This document shows positions 36,830 through 44,849 of a stretch of DNA of 64,000 nucleotides, one piece after another (within the stretch, counting starts at the first letter, position 1; each line of letters begins with the position of its first letter). The stretch is taken from contig JBJHCG010000005.1 of NCBI GenBank assembly GCA_050485885.1, positions 81,635-145,634 on the forward strand. The letters are read 5' to 3'. Made by a program: the position numbers and the translations under genes. This DNA comes from Gemmatimonadales bacterium. GTDB taxonomy: Bacteria > Gemmatimonadota > Gemmatimonadetes > Longimicrobiales > Gaopeijiaceae. The notes under the pieces were generated by a model. That model saw only the letters and a program-made list of their open reading frames with translations, did no database searches and had not been told where the DNA came from.

Positions 36830-39211
36830 TCATCGGGCCAGCGCCTCCACCCGCGGGCGGAGCCCGGGCTCCGGATCGGGCCAGAGGGCAAGGAAGCGGG
36901 CCCGGTGGTACGCGGCCTCGGCCTCGTGGCCCAGCTCCCCGAAGCGTCGGGCAGCCTGCTCGTGAGCCAGGGCCAGGAGAAGGTAGTGGGTGGGGCCCTC
37001 CCATGGGTGGAAATAGCTCCATGCGTCCATCCAGGGGGTCTCGGTGTAGCGAGCCCAGGCGACCGCCGCCGAGTCCGGCTGCCCCGCCGCTTCGAAAAGG
37101 CGGGCAGCCATGGGCTCCCAGCAGGCCGGGCAGGCCCGATCCTGGCGGGCCATGCGAAGGAGTACCACCGCCTCGTCCAGCTGCCCTTCGGCCCCCAGGG
37201 CGAGGGCTTCAGTCGCCCACCCCAGGGCCTGATCCCGGGGTCGGAGCGCCTCGGGTGTCTCGGCCTCATGGCGATTCCAGAGGCGCCGTGCCTCGGCCGG
37301 GCGGTCGGCGGCGGCGAGAAGGAAGGCGGACCACCCCCAGGGTAACCGAAGGCCTGGCGGAAGTGTCTCGAGCTCCGGATCAGCCAACCCCTCGAGGAGG
37401 GTACGGGCCGCTGCTGCAGGATCGCCCAGCACCCAGAGCTCCGTGAGGGCCTGCTCCTCGGCCGCCCACATGCGCTGGCGTGGATCCTGGCCTCGGCGGT
37501 TCTGCCGCGCACGCTCGAGAACGGCCCCAGGACGGCCGCGGGCGAGGTCCAGTTCATCGGTGGGCCGGCCCATGGCCACCCACCGCGCACGGACGGCTTC
37601 GAGGTCGCCTTCCGCCAGGAGCACCCGGTCCCGGAGGCCGCTCACCGTGGGATGCTCCGGGTGTTCGGCCTCGATCTCGTCGAGGAGGGACCGGGCGTCG
37701 TCGACCCGCCCCTGGGCCAGGAGATTTCGAACGAGGTTCCACCCCACCGGCCCCGGGCGACGGTCGCCCAGCTCCCGGGCGCGACGGTGCGCTGCCTCGG
37801 CGTCCGTGAAGCGGCCCATCAGATCGAGGGTATGCCCGAGGTTGGCCCACGTCCCGGGGACCTCCGGTTCGAGCTCGGTAAGGACCGTCCACTCGACCAG
37901 CGCCTGCGGGTACCGTCCGGTGACCACACCGAGTTGCCCCCGGGTGGCCCGGCGCTCCACCTCGGTCATCCTCTGCTCCAGCCGGAGGGCTTCCTCCAGG
38001 TAGAAGAGTGCAGAGTCCGGCATGGCGTTGTTGTAGAAGAGGATGCCGAACGACCGCTTCACGCTCGCGAAGTCGGGGTCGAGGGTCAGCGCCTCACGGA
38101 AGAGCTGATCGCGGATCCGCCCCTCTCCCCGCTGGTCGGCGTCCAGTGCCTGCACGTAGAGCTGTAGCGCCGGGAGGGAGGAGGTGGTCACGTCGCGCAG
38201 CGGAGGGCTCGCCCGCACCGTGCGGAGGGACTCGCCGGCGTGGCTCCGGAGGCGGCGCGAGAGCCGGTCCACGGCCGGGAGGATGTCGGTGGAGTCCGCG
38301 GCCGTCTCGCGGTAGCTCGCCACCACCCGGCCCGAGTCCGGGGTCACGAGGCGAAGCGAGAGGTTGTACCCGCTCCCGGCGCGGGAGACATCCCCCTCCG
38401 CCACCACGGCCACCCCCATCCGGATCGCCACCTCCCGCGCCAGGTCCCCGTCCAGCCGTACCTCGGCCGGGCGACCCATCCGGTCCAGGGTGTGGCGGAT
38501 GCGGGAACGGTCGACGGTGGAGAGGAAGGTCGACTGCGAGAGATCCACCCGGATCGCCTCGGTCACGACCCGGGCCAGGGCCGAATCCCCGGTCAGGGGG
38601 TCGAGCTCCGCCAGGAGGAGGGTGGGGACCTCGCCCAGTTCGCCCCGGGCTGCGAGGGATCCTGCGGGCCCGAACCCGGCGCGCTGGAGGAGCATGAAGG
38701 CCACCACGAGCACACCCAGCCCGAGAAAGGCCGTACCCCCGGCAAGCCCGGCCCGCCTCCAGGTGAGGGCGGGAGCCGGACGCGGGGCCGAAGCCGGCTG
38801 GAGCAGGGGCGCCGAACCCTGGACCGGCGTGGATCCGGGTTCCGCGCCGGCTGGCGCGGGGCCTGCCCCGGATGACACAGCCTCGGGTGCCACGGCGCCG
38901 TGGGCCTCCGACGCATTCCCTCCCGCGCTGCCCCCATTCGCCCCGGTCGACCGCTCCTGCACAAAGGCAGTGGCGAGGACCACCGGGAGCCCGAGGAGAA
39001 GGAGGAGGAGGGCCACGGGAGGCACCCAGTCCGGGAGGCCCAGCCCCTGCACGAGGCTCAGCACCACCTGGTACGCCACCCACGAGCCGCCCAGGTAGAT
39101 CCCCAGGACCTGCCAGAGCGAGCGCCGGTGCATTTCGGAGACGAGGTGACGAAGGCCCGACATGGCGGGGCTCATGCGGCGGAGGAAGATTCGAACGGGG
39201 GGTGCCTGCAC
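36830..39211 (-). CDS. TPR-repeat membrane protein with TolB-N-like module
   Basis: A single conserved TM segment (RSLWQVLGIYLGGSWVAYQVVLSL) is followed by a TolB-N-like region and multiple TPR-like repeats. Confidence 0.65.
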   Translation of the reverse strand: MQAPPVRIFLRRMSPAMSGLRHLVSEMHRRSLWQVLGIYLGGSWVAYQVVLSLVQGLGLPDWVPPVALLLLLLGLPVVLATAFVQERSTGANGGSAGGNASEAHGAVAPEAVSSGAGPAPAGAEPGSTPVQGSAPLLQPASAPRPAPALTWRRAGLAGGTAFLGLGVLVVAFMLLQRAGFGPAGSLAARGELGEVPTLLLAELDPLTGDSALARVVTEAIRVDLSQSTFLSTVDRSRIRHTLDRMGRPAEVRLDGDLAREVAIRMGVAVVAEGDVSRAGSGYNLSLRLVTPDSGRVVASYRETAADSTDILPAVDRLSRRLRSHAGESLRTVRASPPLRDVTTSSLPALQLYVQALDADQRGEGRIRDQLFREALTLDPDFASVKRSFGILFYNNAMPDSALFYLEEALRLEQRMTEVERRATRGQLGVVTGRYPQALVEWTVLTELEPEVPGTWANLGHTLDLMGRFTDAEAAHRRARELGDRRPGPVGWNLVRNLLAQGRVDDARSLLDEIEAEHPEHPTVSGLRDRVLLAEGDLEAVRARWVAMGRPTDELDLARGRPGAVLERARQNRRGQDPRQRMWAAEEQALTELWVLGDPAAAARTLLEGLADPELETLPPGLRLPWGWSAFLLAAADRPAEARRLWNRHEAETPEALRPRDQALGWATEALALGAEGQLDEAVVLLRMARQDRACPACWEPMAARLFEAAGQPDSAAVAWARYTETPWMDAWSYFHPWEGPTHYLLLALAHEQAARRFGELGHEAEAAYHRARFLALWPDPEPGLRPRVEALAR

Positions 39212-39289
39212 GACTGCGCGTCAACGTGCACTCCCCCGGAGGCATCCGCAATTCCACGCCCCGCGTCGGCGGAGCGCGCCATGCCCTTG

Positions 39290-40183
39290 TCAGGGGGTGA
39301 GGATTCGCACCCGGCTTCCCCAGGGGTCCTCGGCTTCGCATCCCCCGGCTTCCAGCGGTCGCACTCGATGACCACCCGCCTCGAGTCGACCGAAGGCGGC
39401 CTCGACCTCGCCCGCATCCGGGAGGACGACGGTCCAGTGGCGGAGGCGGGCGTCGCCCTCCCCCGCAGGCGGGGCCCCGAGCGCCCAGGTGTTCACCCCG
39501 AGGTGGTGGTGGTAGCCGCCGGCGGCCAGAAAGAGGGCCCCGGGATAGCTCCGCATTCGGACCCGGAGCCCCAGGGCCTCCCCGTAGAAGGCCTCGGCCT
39601 CGGCGAGGTCGCCCACATGAAGGTGAAGGTGGCCCATGCGGGTCCCCGGAGGGAGCCCCGCGAAGGGTTCGCCGCCCCCGGCGCGGAGCAGACCTGCAGC
39701 ATCGAGAGGGTCGGTGGTCATGCGGAGCTCGCCATCGGGGCCGTGCTCCCACGTGCCCTGCGGACGGTCCGCATAGACCTCGATGCCCAGACCGTCGGGG
39801 TCCGTGAGGTAGAGCGCCTCACTCACCCCGTGGTCCCCGGCCCCCACCCGCTCCCCCAGGCGGCCCAGGTGGGCCAGGAAGCGCCCCAGCGCAGCGCGGT
39901 CCGGGAGGAGGAGCGCGAAGTGGAAGAGGCCGAGGCGGGAGCGTGGCACCGCAGGGAGGCTGCCGGCCACCTCGACGAGTTCCACCAGCGGGACCCCCTC
40001 GGAGCCCCCGAGGCGGGTCTCCGGACCCCCGGCTTCAGGGAGGGGGCGGGCCTCCTTCGCCCTCGCGGGTTCGAGGGGGACCAGGCCCAGCACCTGCCCA
40101 TACCATTCCGCCGAACGGTCCAGGGAGGCCACCTGGAGCCGCACCGGCCCGAGACGGAGGGCCTCCGGGAGGTGGGGAGGCAT
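39290..40183 (-). CDS. VOC-family (glyoxalase/bleomycin resistance/extradiol dioxygenase) two-domain protein
   Basis: Two tandem VOC modules are present, with His/Glu metal-ligand positions (HFALLLPD..., HLHLHVGD...). Confidence 0.7.
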   Translation of the reverse strand: MPPHLPEALRLGPVRLQVASLDRSAEWYGQVLGLVPLEPARAKEARPLPEAGGPETRLGGSEGVPLVELVEVAGSLPAVPRSRLGLFHFALLLPDRAALGRFLAHLGRLGERVGAGDHGVSEALYLTDPDGLGIEVYADRPQGTWEHGPDGELRMTTDPLDAAGLLRAGGGEPFAGLPPGTRMGHLHLHVGDLAEAEAFYGEALGLRVRMRSYPGALFLAAGGYHHHLGVNTWALGAPPAGEGDARLRHWTVVLPDAGEVEAAFGRLEAGGHRVRPLEAGGCEAEDPWGSRVRILTP

Positions 40184-40186
40184 CCC

Positions 40187-40933
40187 TCAGTCCCCCGACC
40201 TCGATGCGGTTTCAACGTGGATCACCCCGAACCAGGCCACATTCCCGTAGAGCGCCGCCGCCTCGGCGCCCCGGATGGAGCGGAGGGTGAAGCCCCGCGC
40301 CGGCATGTCACCCAGCTCCCCGAGCCATGCGGCAGGCGGCTCGGTTGCAAGGGGCTCGCTTCGGATCAGGGGCCGGGAGCGCGGAGGGATCTCACCGTCG
40401 ACGAAGACGATGGCCCGTGCCCATGCCGGGTCACCCTCGCCGAGGAGGTGAGGGATATGCATGGCACCTTCCGGGCGCGGGTCCCGGGCGTACGCCATCT
40501 CGAGGAGGGGGAGGTGGTCTTCGAGGCGCTGCCGGAGCGAGGCCTCCGCGGATGGCGTGCCCGCTTGTTCGGGGGCATGGCCCGGCGCAGGCACCTCGTC
40601 CCCTTCCCCGCGAACGCGCGTGATGAGGATGGCGCCGGAACGGGCTTCCTCTCCCCATCGGCCTCGGGCCTCCCCGGCGTGAACCACTTCGATTCGCCCC
40701 ACCCAGTCCGTCAGGGCCTCGTCGAAGAGGGCGTTGAATCCGCCCTCGAGGATCACCCCATCGACGAGACGGAGGGGGGCGGGCGGGGCGGGCGTGGGTG
40801 TACGCTCGAAGGGCGGAGGGGGATCGGCCGAGGCGGCGCATGCGGCAACGCCTCCCCCGAGAATGAGCCCTCCTCCCAGGACCAGGGCCACCCGGAGGAG
40901 CGCCGACCCGGACGCATGGGGTGAAGATTTCAT
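40187..40933 (-). CDS. lipoprotein composed of two tandem TonB-receptor plug-like modules
   Basis: The lipobox is GGVAACAAS. Two repeats each carry the plug-like signature (PLRLVDGVIL...SGAILITRVRG and IVFVDGEI...AEAAALYGNVAWFGVIHVET). They resemble the C-terminal domain of the BlaR1-like protein at 12064..13653. Confidence 0.6.
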   Translation of the reverse strand: MKSSPHASGSALLRVALVLGGGLILGGGVAACAASADPPPPFERTPTPAPPAPLRLVDGVILEGGFNALFDEALTDWVGRIEVVHAGEARGRWGEEARSGAILITRVRGEGDEVPAPGHAPEQAGTPSAEASLRQRLEDHLPLLEMAYARDPRPEGAMHIPHLLGEGDPAWARAIVFVDGEIPPRSRPLIRSEPLATEPPAAWLGELGDMPARGFTLRSIRGAEAAALYGNVAWFGVIHVETASRSGD

Positions 40934-41022
40934 GGAACGTCTCCTGGAAAGGGTCCTGGTCGCTCCGGGCCCGGGCTCGGGAGGGGGGCGCCCCGGAAGG
41001 CCGTTGGACCTCCCGGGCAGGA

Positions 41023-41895
41023 CTACCCCGGAACCCGTTGGGTGCGGGTCTCCATGGTGCGACGCATCGCCTGTCCCTCCGGCGACCCGAGCGTCATGGA
41101 ACTCGTCATGCGCGATTCGACAAGTCGTCCGGCATCGAGGTCGAAGAGGATGAACCCCGTGGCCTCGCCGCTCCCACGTTCGCCGTAGTCCGCCTCGCCC
41201 CTGAGTTCGACACGGGCGATCCGGCCCCCGTTCGAAGTGTCCACGCCCGCGAGGGTGTGCTGGAGCGGGACCCCGCCCCCCACATTCAGCTGGATGGCGC
41301 TCACGAAGGGGGCGTCCTCGCGAAGCGCCGGAGGGAAGCTGGCAAGGAGACCGTCCGCCCGGTCCTGGGGACCGAAGAGGCTCATGAGGAAGATGCTCTC
41401 GATCATCTCCGCCTCGGAGCGCCCTGCGGCGCGAGCGATGTCGGCCGGGTCGAGCAGGCCCCCTGCCGTAAGGCCCATTTCGAGGGGTCGGCCGACCATG
41501 GCGTGGAGGAGGTCGGCTACCGGATCCTCCTCCGACGGGGAGGAAGGGGGGGCCGCGCCGTCAGTGTCCGCCGGTTCCGGGGGGGAAACCTCCTCGACGA
41601 GGAACTCGAGCCGGCCCGACCCATCCGCCCCGGCCTCCCGCACCCGGAGCCGTACGGTGATGGCGGTCTCCTGGGTCTGCTCCCCCCCCGGGCCGGTGAC
41701 ATGCCCCGTCATCGTCACCGTCCGCAGGAAGACCGCGCCCTCCTCCACCTGGAACGGAAACTCGACAAGCTGGGCCGAGAGAGGGGTCGGTGCCAGGACG
41801 GAGCCGGCGCCGAAAAGGCCGCCGGCCGCAAGGATGGCCGCGAACGCGATCGGGGTGGCCGAACGGCCTGTGCGGGGGTTTCGAGGAGCAGGCAC
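41023..41895 (-). CDS. hypothetical secreted protein
   Basis: A signal peptide (IAFAAILAAGGLFGAGSVLAPTPLSAQ) is present and the ORF is coherent, but I recognize no motifs. Confidence 0.5.
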   Translation of the reverse strand: MPAPRNPRTGRSATPIAFAAILAAGGLFGAGSVLAPTPLSAQLVEFPFQVEEGAVFLRTVTMTGHVTGPGGEQTQETAITVRLRVREAGADGSGRLEFLVEEVSPPEPADTDGAAPPSSPSEEDPVADLLHAMVGRPLEMGLTAGGLLDPADIARAAGRSEAEMIESIFLMSLFGPQDRADGLLASFPPALREDAPFVSAIQLNVGGGVPLQHTLAGVDTSNGGRIARVELRGEADYGERGSGEATGFILFDLDAGRLVESRMTSSMTLGSPEGQAMRRTMETRTQRVPG

Positions 41896-42105
41896 GCGCT
41901 ATCCTTCAGTTCGGGGAGACTCCGGCATGAACATCCGGGGCATCATACGGAAGCCGGCAGGAAAACGCAAGCGTGAGGTGGGGACCCGTTCCACGAGCCC
42001 CGGCAACGCCATGCGTCGAGGGGGTGCCCACCCCTTCGGTCCGGCGGCGCCCCCGTTCCATCGCCGGCCTTCGGGCGACCCGACTGAACCGACGGATCCC
42101 CTCGA

Positions 42106-42810
42106 TCAGCGAGAGGGGCCGCCCTCGCCGGGTGCCGCCAGGAACCGGTAGATCGCCGCCCCCAGGGCCCCACCGACGAGGGGGGCGATCCAGAAGAGCC
42201 AGAGCTGCGCCGTGGCCCATCCGCCCACATAGACCGCAACGCCCGTGCTCCTGGCGGGGTTCACCGAAGTGTTGGTGACCGGAATGCTGACGAGGTGGAT
42301 GAGGGTCAGGCCAAGCCCGATGGCGAGAGGCGCGAAGCCGGCCGGGGCACGCTTGTCGGTGGCACCCATGATGATGAGGATGAACATCATGGTCATGACG
42401 ACTTCGGTGAGCATCGCCGACTGGAGCGAGTATCCTCCGGGGGAATGCTCACCATACCCGTTCGAGGCAAACCCGTCTGCCACATCGAACCCGGCACGGC
42501 CTGTGGCGATGAGGTAGAGAATCCCTCCGGCCACCACCCCCCCCAGCACCTGGGCCACGATGTACGGGGCAAGATCCTTCGCGGGAAAACGCCCCCCCGC
42601 CCAGAGCCCGATGGAAACGGCAGGGTTGAGGTGGCAGCCCGAGATGTGGCCGATGGCATACGCCATGGTCAGGACGGTCAGACCGAATGCGAGCGACACA
42701 CCGAGGAGCCCGATGCCCACCTCGGGAAAGGCCGCGGCGATGACTGCACTTCCACACCCCCCGAAGACCAGCCAGAACGTTCCGATGAACTCCGCAGCAG
42801 CGTTCCTCAT
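42106..42810 (-). CDS. aqpZ: aquaporin Z
   Basis: Two NPA boxes are present ([10 protein letters not shown] and NTSVNPARS). The protein has six TM helices. The 234-aa length is typical. The internal ATG at 42810 is preferred over the low-complexity upstream extension. Confidence 0.9.
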   Translation of the reverse strand: MRNAAAEFIGTFWLVFGGCGSAVIAAAFPEVGIGLLGVSLAFGLTVLTMAYAIGHISGCHLNPAVSIGLWAGGRFPAKDLAPYIVAQVLGGVVAGGILYLIATGRAGFDVADGFASNGYGEHSPGGYSLQSAMLTEVVMTMMFILIIMGATDKRAPAGFAPLAIGLGLTLIHLVSIPVTNTSVNPARSTGVAVYVGGWATAQLWLFWIAPLVGGALGAAIYRFLAAPGEGGPSR

Positions 42811-43001
42811 GTTCCGAGCCTCCCGTGCCTGGACAGACCGCCCGACCTGCGCGAATTCGCGCACGGTGCGTCGCCTGACCTCCCTGCGCAAGAGTCCTGC
42901 GGGTCGGAGCACGGATCGATACGGCGCCAGGATGCCGGCGCCCGGACCTCGGCGCCGGAACCTCCCCCGGGCCAGGTACTTGCCCAGGAAGGGCGCACCC
43001 C

Positions 43002-43613
43002 TCACTTCGCTCCTTCGCGCATCTCCTGGAGCCGGGCCCCCACACGTTCCGCCTGGTCCATGTGCCTGCGGGAGTGTTCCACGCAGGTCTCGAACCAGGC
43101 GCCGATGGAAAAGCGCAGGAGAGGGATGACGGGTGAACGGGTCCGGATGCGGCCCAGGTCCAGTCCTTCCGAAGCACGAACCAACGCGGCGAACCGGGCG
43201 TTTCCTTCGGTCAACCCGGCGAGGTAGTGCGCTGGAGGGGGGAAGTCCAGGAGCTCCGCCGGGGGCCCGGCCGGAGTCCGGGGGGGAACGCCCGGCAAGG
43301 CCGTCGGCCGCATGGATGGAGGTGTGAAAAGCCGGGGACCCCGGGGCCCCACGAGGCGGATCCACCCCCGGGCCAGGGGGCCCCATGCGTAGGGTCCTTC
43401 GCCCCTGGGTCTCCCCTGGGCGAGCGCCTTTTCGAAGGAGGGGAGGTAGAGGCGAAGGGAAACCGTCATGTGCTCCATGCACGCTGCCATGGACCACCCC
43501 CGCGGGTCCGGTTTCCAGTGGAACTCCCGGCGCGAGTGGCGGTGGACCAGGGCCTCACCCCGATGGTCCAGGGCCTCGATGGCGTGGAGGAGGGCCTCTC
43601 GCTGCGGGTCCAT
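43002..43613 (-). CDS. DinB/YfiT-like (DinB_2 superfamily) metal-dependent protein
   Basis: The 203-aa protein has a four-helix-bundle His pattern ([11 protein letters not shown]...H..., [11 protein letters not shown]) typical of the DinB_2 family. The internal ATG at 43613 was chosen. Confidence 0.55.
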   Translation of the reverse strand: MDPQREALLHAIEALDHRGEALVHRHSRREFHWKPDPRGWSMAACMEHMTVSLRLYLPSFEKALAQGRPRGEGPYAWGPLARGWIRLVGPRGPRLFTPPSMRPTALPGVPPRTPAGPPAELLDFPPPAHYLAGLTEGNARFAALVRASEGLDLGRIRTRSPVIPLLRFSIGAWFETCVEHSRRHMDQAERVGARLQEMREGAK

Positions 43614-43998
43614 GCGCCCACCGGAACTGGGGGAAGTGGAGCGGGGAACCGGGGCGCCGGGGCCTGCCCTGCCTTCCCCGGTGCGCCGCGGCGAACCTCG
43701 ATCTACCATGGTAGGGCGACCCCGGGTCGAAAGAGAAGTACGTTGCCTCCCCTGGGGGGACTCGGCACGGGAAAGGAACCCGAGCCCATCGGAAACCTCG
43801 TCGAACGGTGCGATTCGGCTGAAGGCGAGGAAGGGCCACATCCGGGACTCCCGGGAGGGCGCGATGGAGGGCTCGGGGGAAAGCACCGCCGCCGCAGCGA
43901 AGGCGCCCCACCTTGCCCCGTGGTCCTCTCCACCGTCGATTCCCCTTCTTCTCCCTCCAGCCCGCGCCCGCTTCCTTCTCCCGCCTCCGCCCCCCTTC

Positions 43999-44583
43999 AT
44001 GACCCATCGTCGCCGACGGCCCCCGCGCATCGCCGTGGAATCGGTTCTCATCGTCTTTTCCATTCTGCTGGCCCTGGCGGTGAATGCCTGGTGGAGTGGA
44101 CGGCAGGACCGTGTCCGGGTGGCCCAGGCCCTGGTCTACCTCGACGCAGAGGTCCTTTCCAACCGCGACCGGGTACGTGGCGTCCTCCCCTACCACCGGG
44201 AGCTGCACGGGATCTTCATCCGGGTGCTTGCCGGCGAGGTGGAGTCCTCCAACCAGGGGCTCCAGGAGGCGGGCTTCCAGGGCTTTCGGCCTCCGGGGCT
44301 GGTCCGGGCGGCGTGGGAAGCCGCCCTGGCCGGGGGGGTTCCGGGGCTCATGCCCTTCGAAGACGTGTCTCTCCTGGGCGAGGTCTATTCGTGGCAGGAC
44401 CGGGTGCATCGGCTCTCGGTGGACGGGCTCGCGGCCATGCTCGGGCCCGGCGCCTTCAACCCCGACAACTTCCAGTCTCTCATGACGCAGGCCCTGGGAC
44501 ATACCACCGATGTGATCCTGGCCCAGGAGGAGCTCCTGGGGCGCTACGATGCCTGGATCCTGCACCGGGGGCTCGAACCATGA
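43999..44583 (+). CDS. hypothetical membrane-anchored protein
   Basis: A single N-terminal TM helix (VESVLIVFSILLALAVNAWW) is followed by a soluble helical domain. Codon bias is consistent with a real gene. Confidence 0.45.
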   Translation: MTHRRRRPPRIAVESVLIVFSILLALAVNAWWSGRQDRVRVAQALVYLDAEVLSNRDRVRGVLPYHRELHGIFIRVLAGEVESSNQGLQEAGFQGFRPPGLVRAAWEAALAGGVPGLMPFEDVSLLGEVYSWQDRVHRLSVDGLAAMLGPGAFNPDNFQSLMTQALGHTTDVILAQEELLGRYDAWILHRGLEP

Positions 44584-44639
44584 GGTGCGGCGCGAGGCCG
44601 GCGCTCCCCCATGGGCCCTCCGATCCGGGTCGCATTGGC

Positions 44640-44810
44640 GGTCCTGTTCGCCGTGCCGATCCAGGCCGGGGTGCCGATCCGGGCCGCGGCGGCGGTCCGG
44701 GTCGCCGCAGCGGTCCGGGTCGCCTTGCCAGTCCGGGCCGAGGTGACCATGCGGGTCGCCGCAGCGGTCCGGGTCGCCTTGCCGGCCCGCGCCCCGGTGC
44801 CGGTCCGGAC
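44640..44810. repeat. imperfect tandem/direct repeat array (unit ~17-18 bp, cggtccgggtcgcc core; a ~31-bp block repeated at ~52-bp spacing) in intergenic region upstream of the penicillin-acylase-family gene
   Basis: Seen directly: gggtcgccgcagcggtccgggtcgccttgcc occurs at about 44699..44729 and again at about 44751..44781. Additional cggtccgg / ccgatccgggcc variants flank it. Confidence 0.6.
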
Positions 44811-44849
44811 GATGCCGCCAGCTCCTTCCCGCTCCATCCCAGGGCTCCC

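Noticed and set aside
36508-39752. Multiple plus-strand ORFs (36508..37446, 38008..38697, 38240..38875, 38364..39098) and the 552-aa minus alternate 38094..39752 over the TPR gene
   Set aside because: The translations are Arg/Gly/Pro-rich and low-complexity. The TPR frame has the TM helix, TolB-like and TPR repeat structure.
43227-44849. N-terminal 541 codons of the 1532-aa ORF upstream of the penicillin-acylase start, and the antisense 446-aa ORF 43555..44895
   Set aside because: The region upstream of ATG 44850 is low-complexity and overlaps the DinB-like and membrane-protein genes and the repeat array. The acylase signal peptide begins at 44850.
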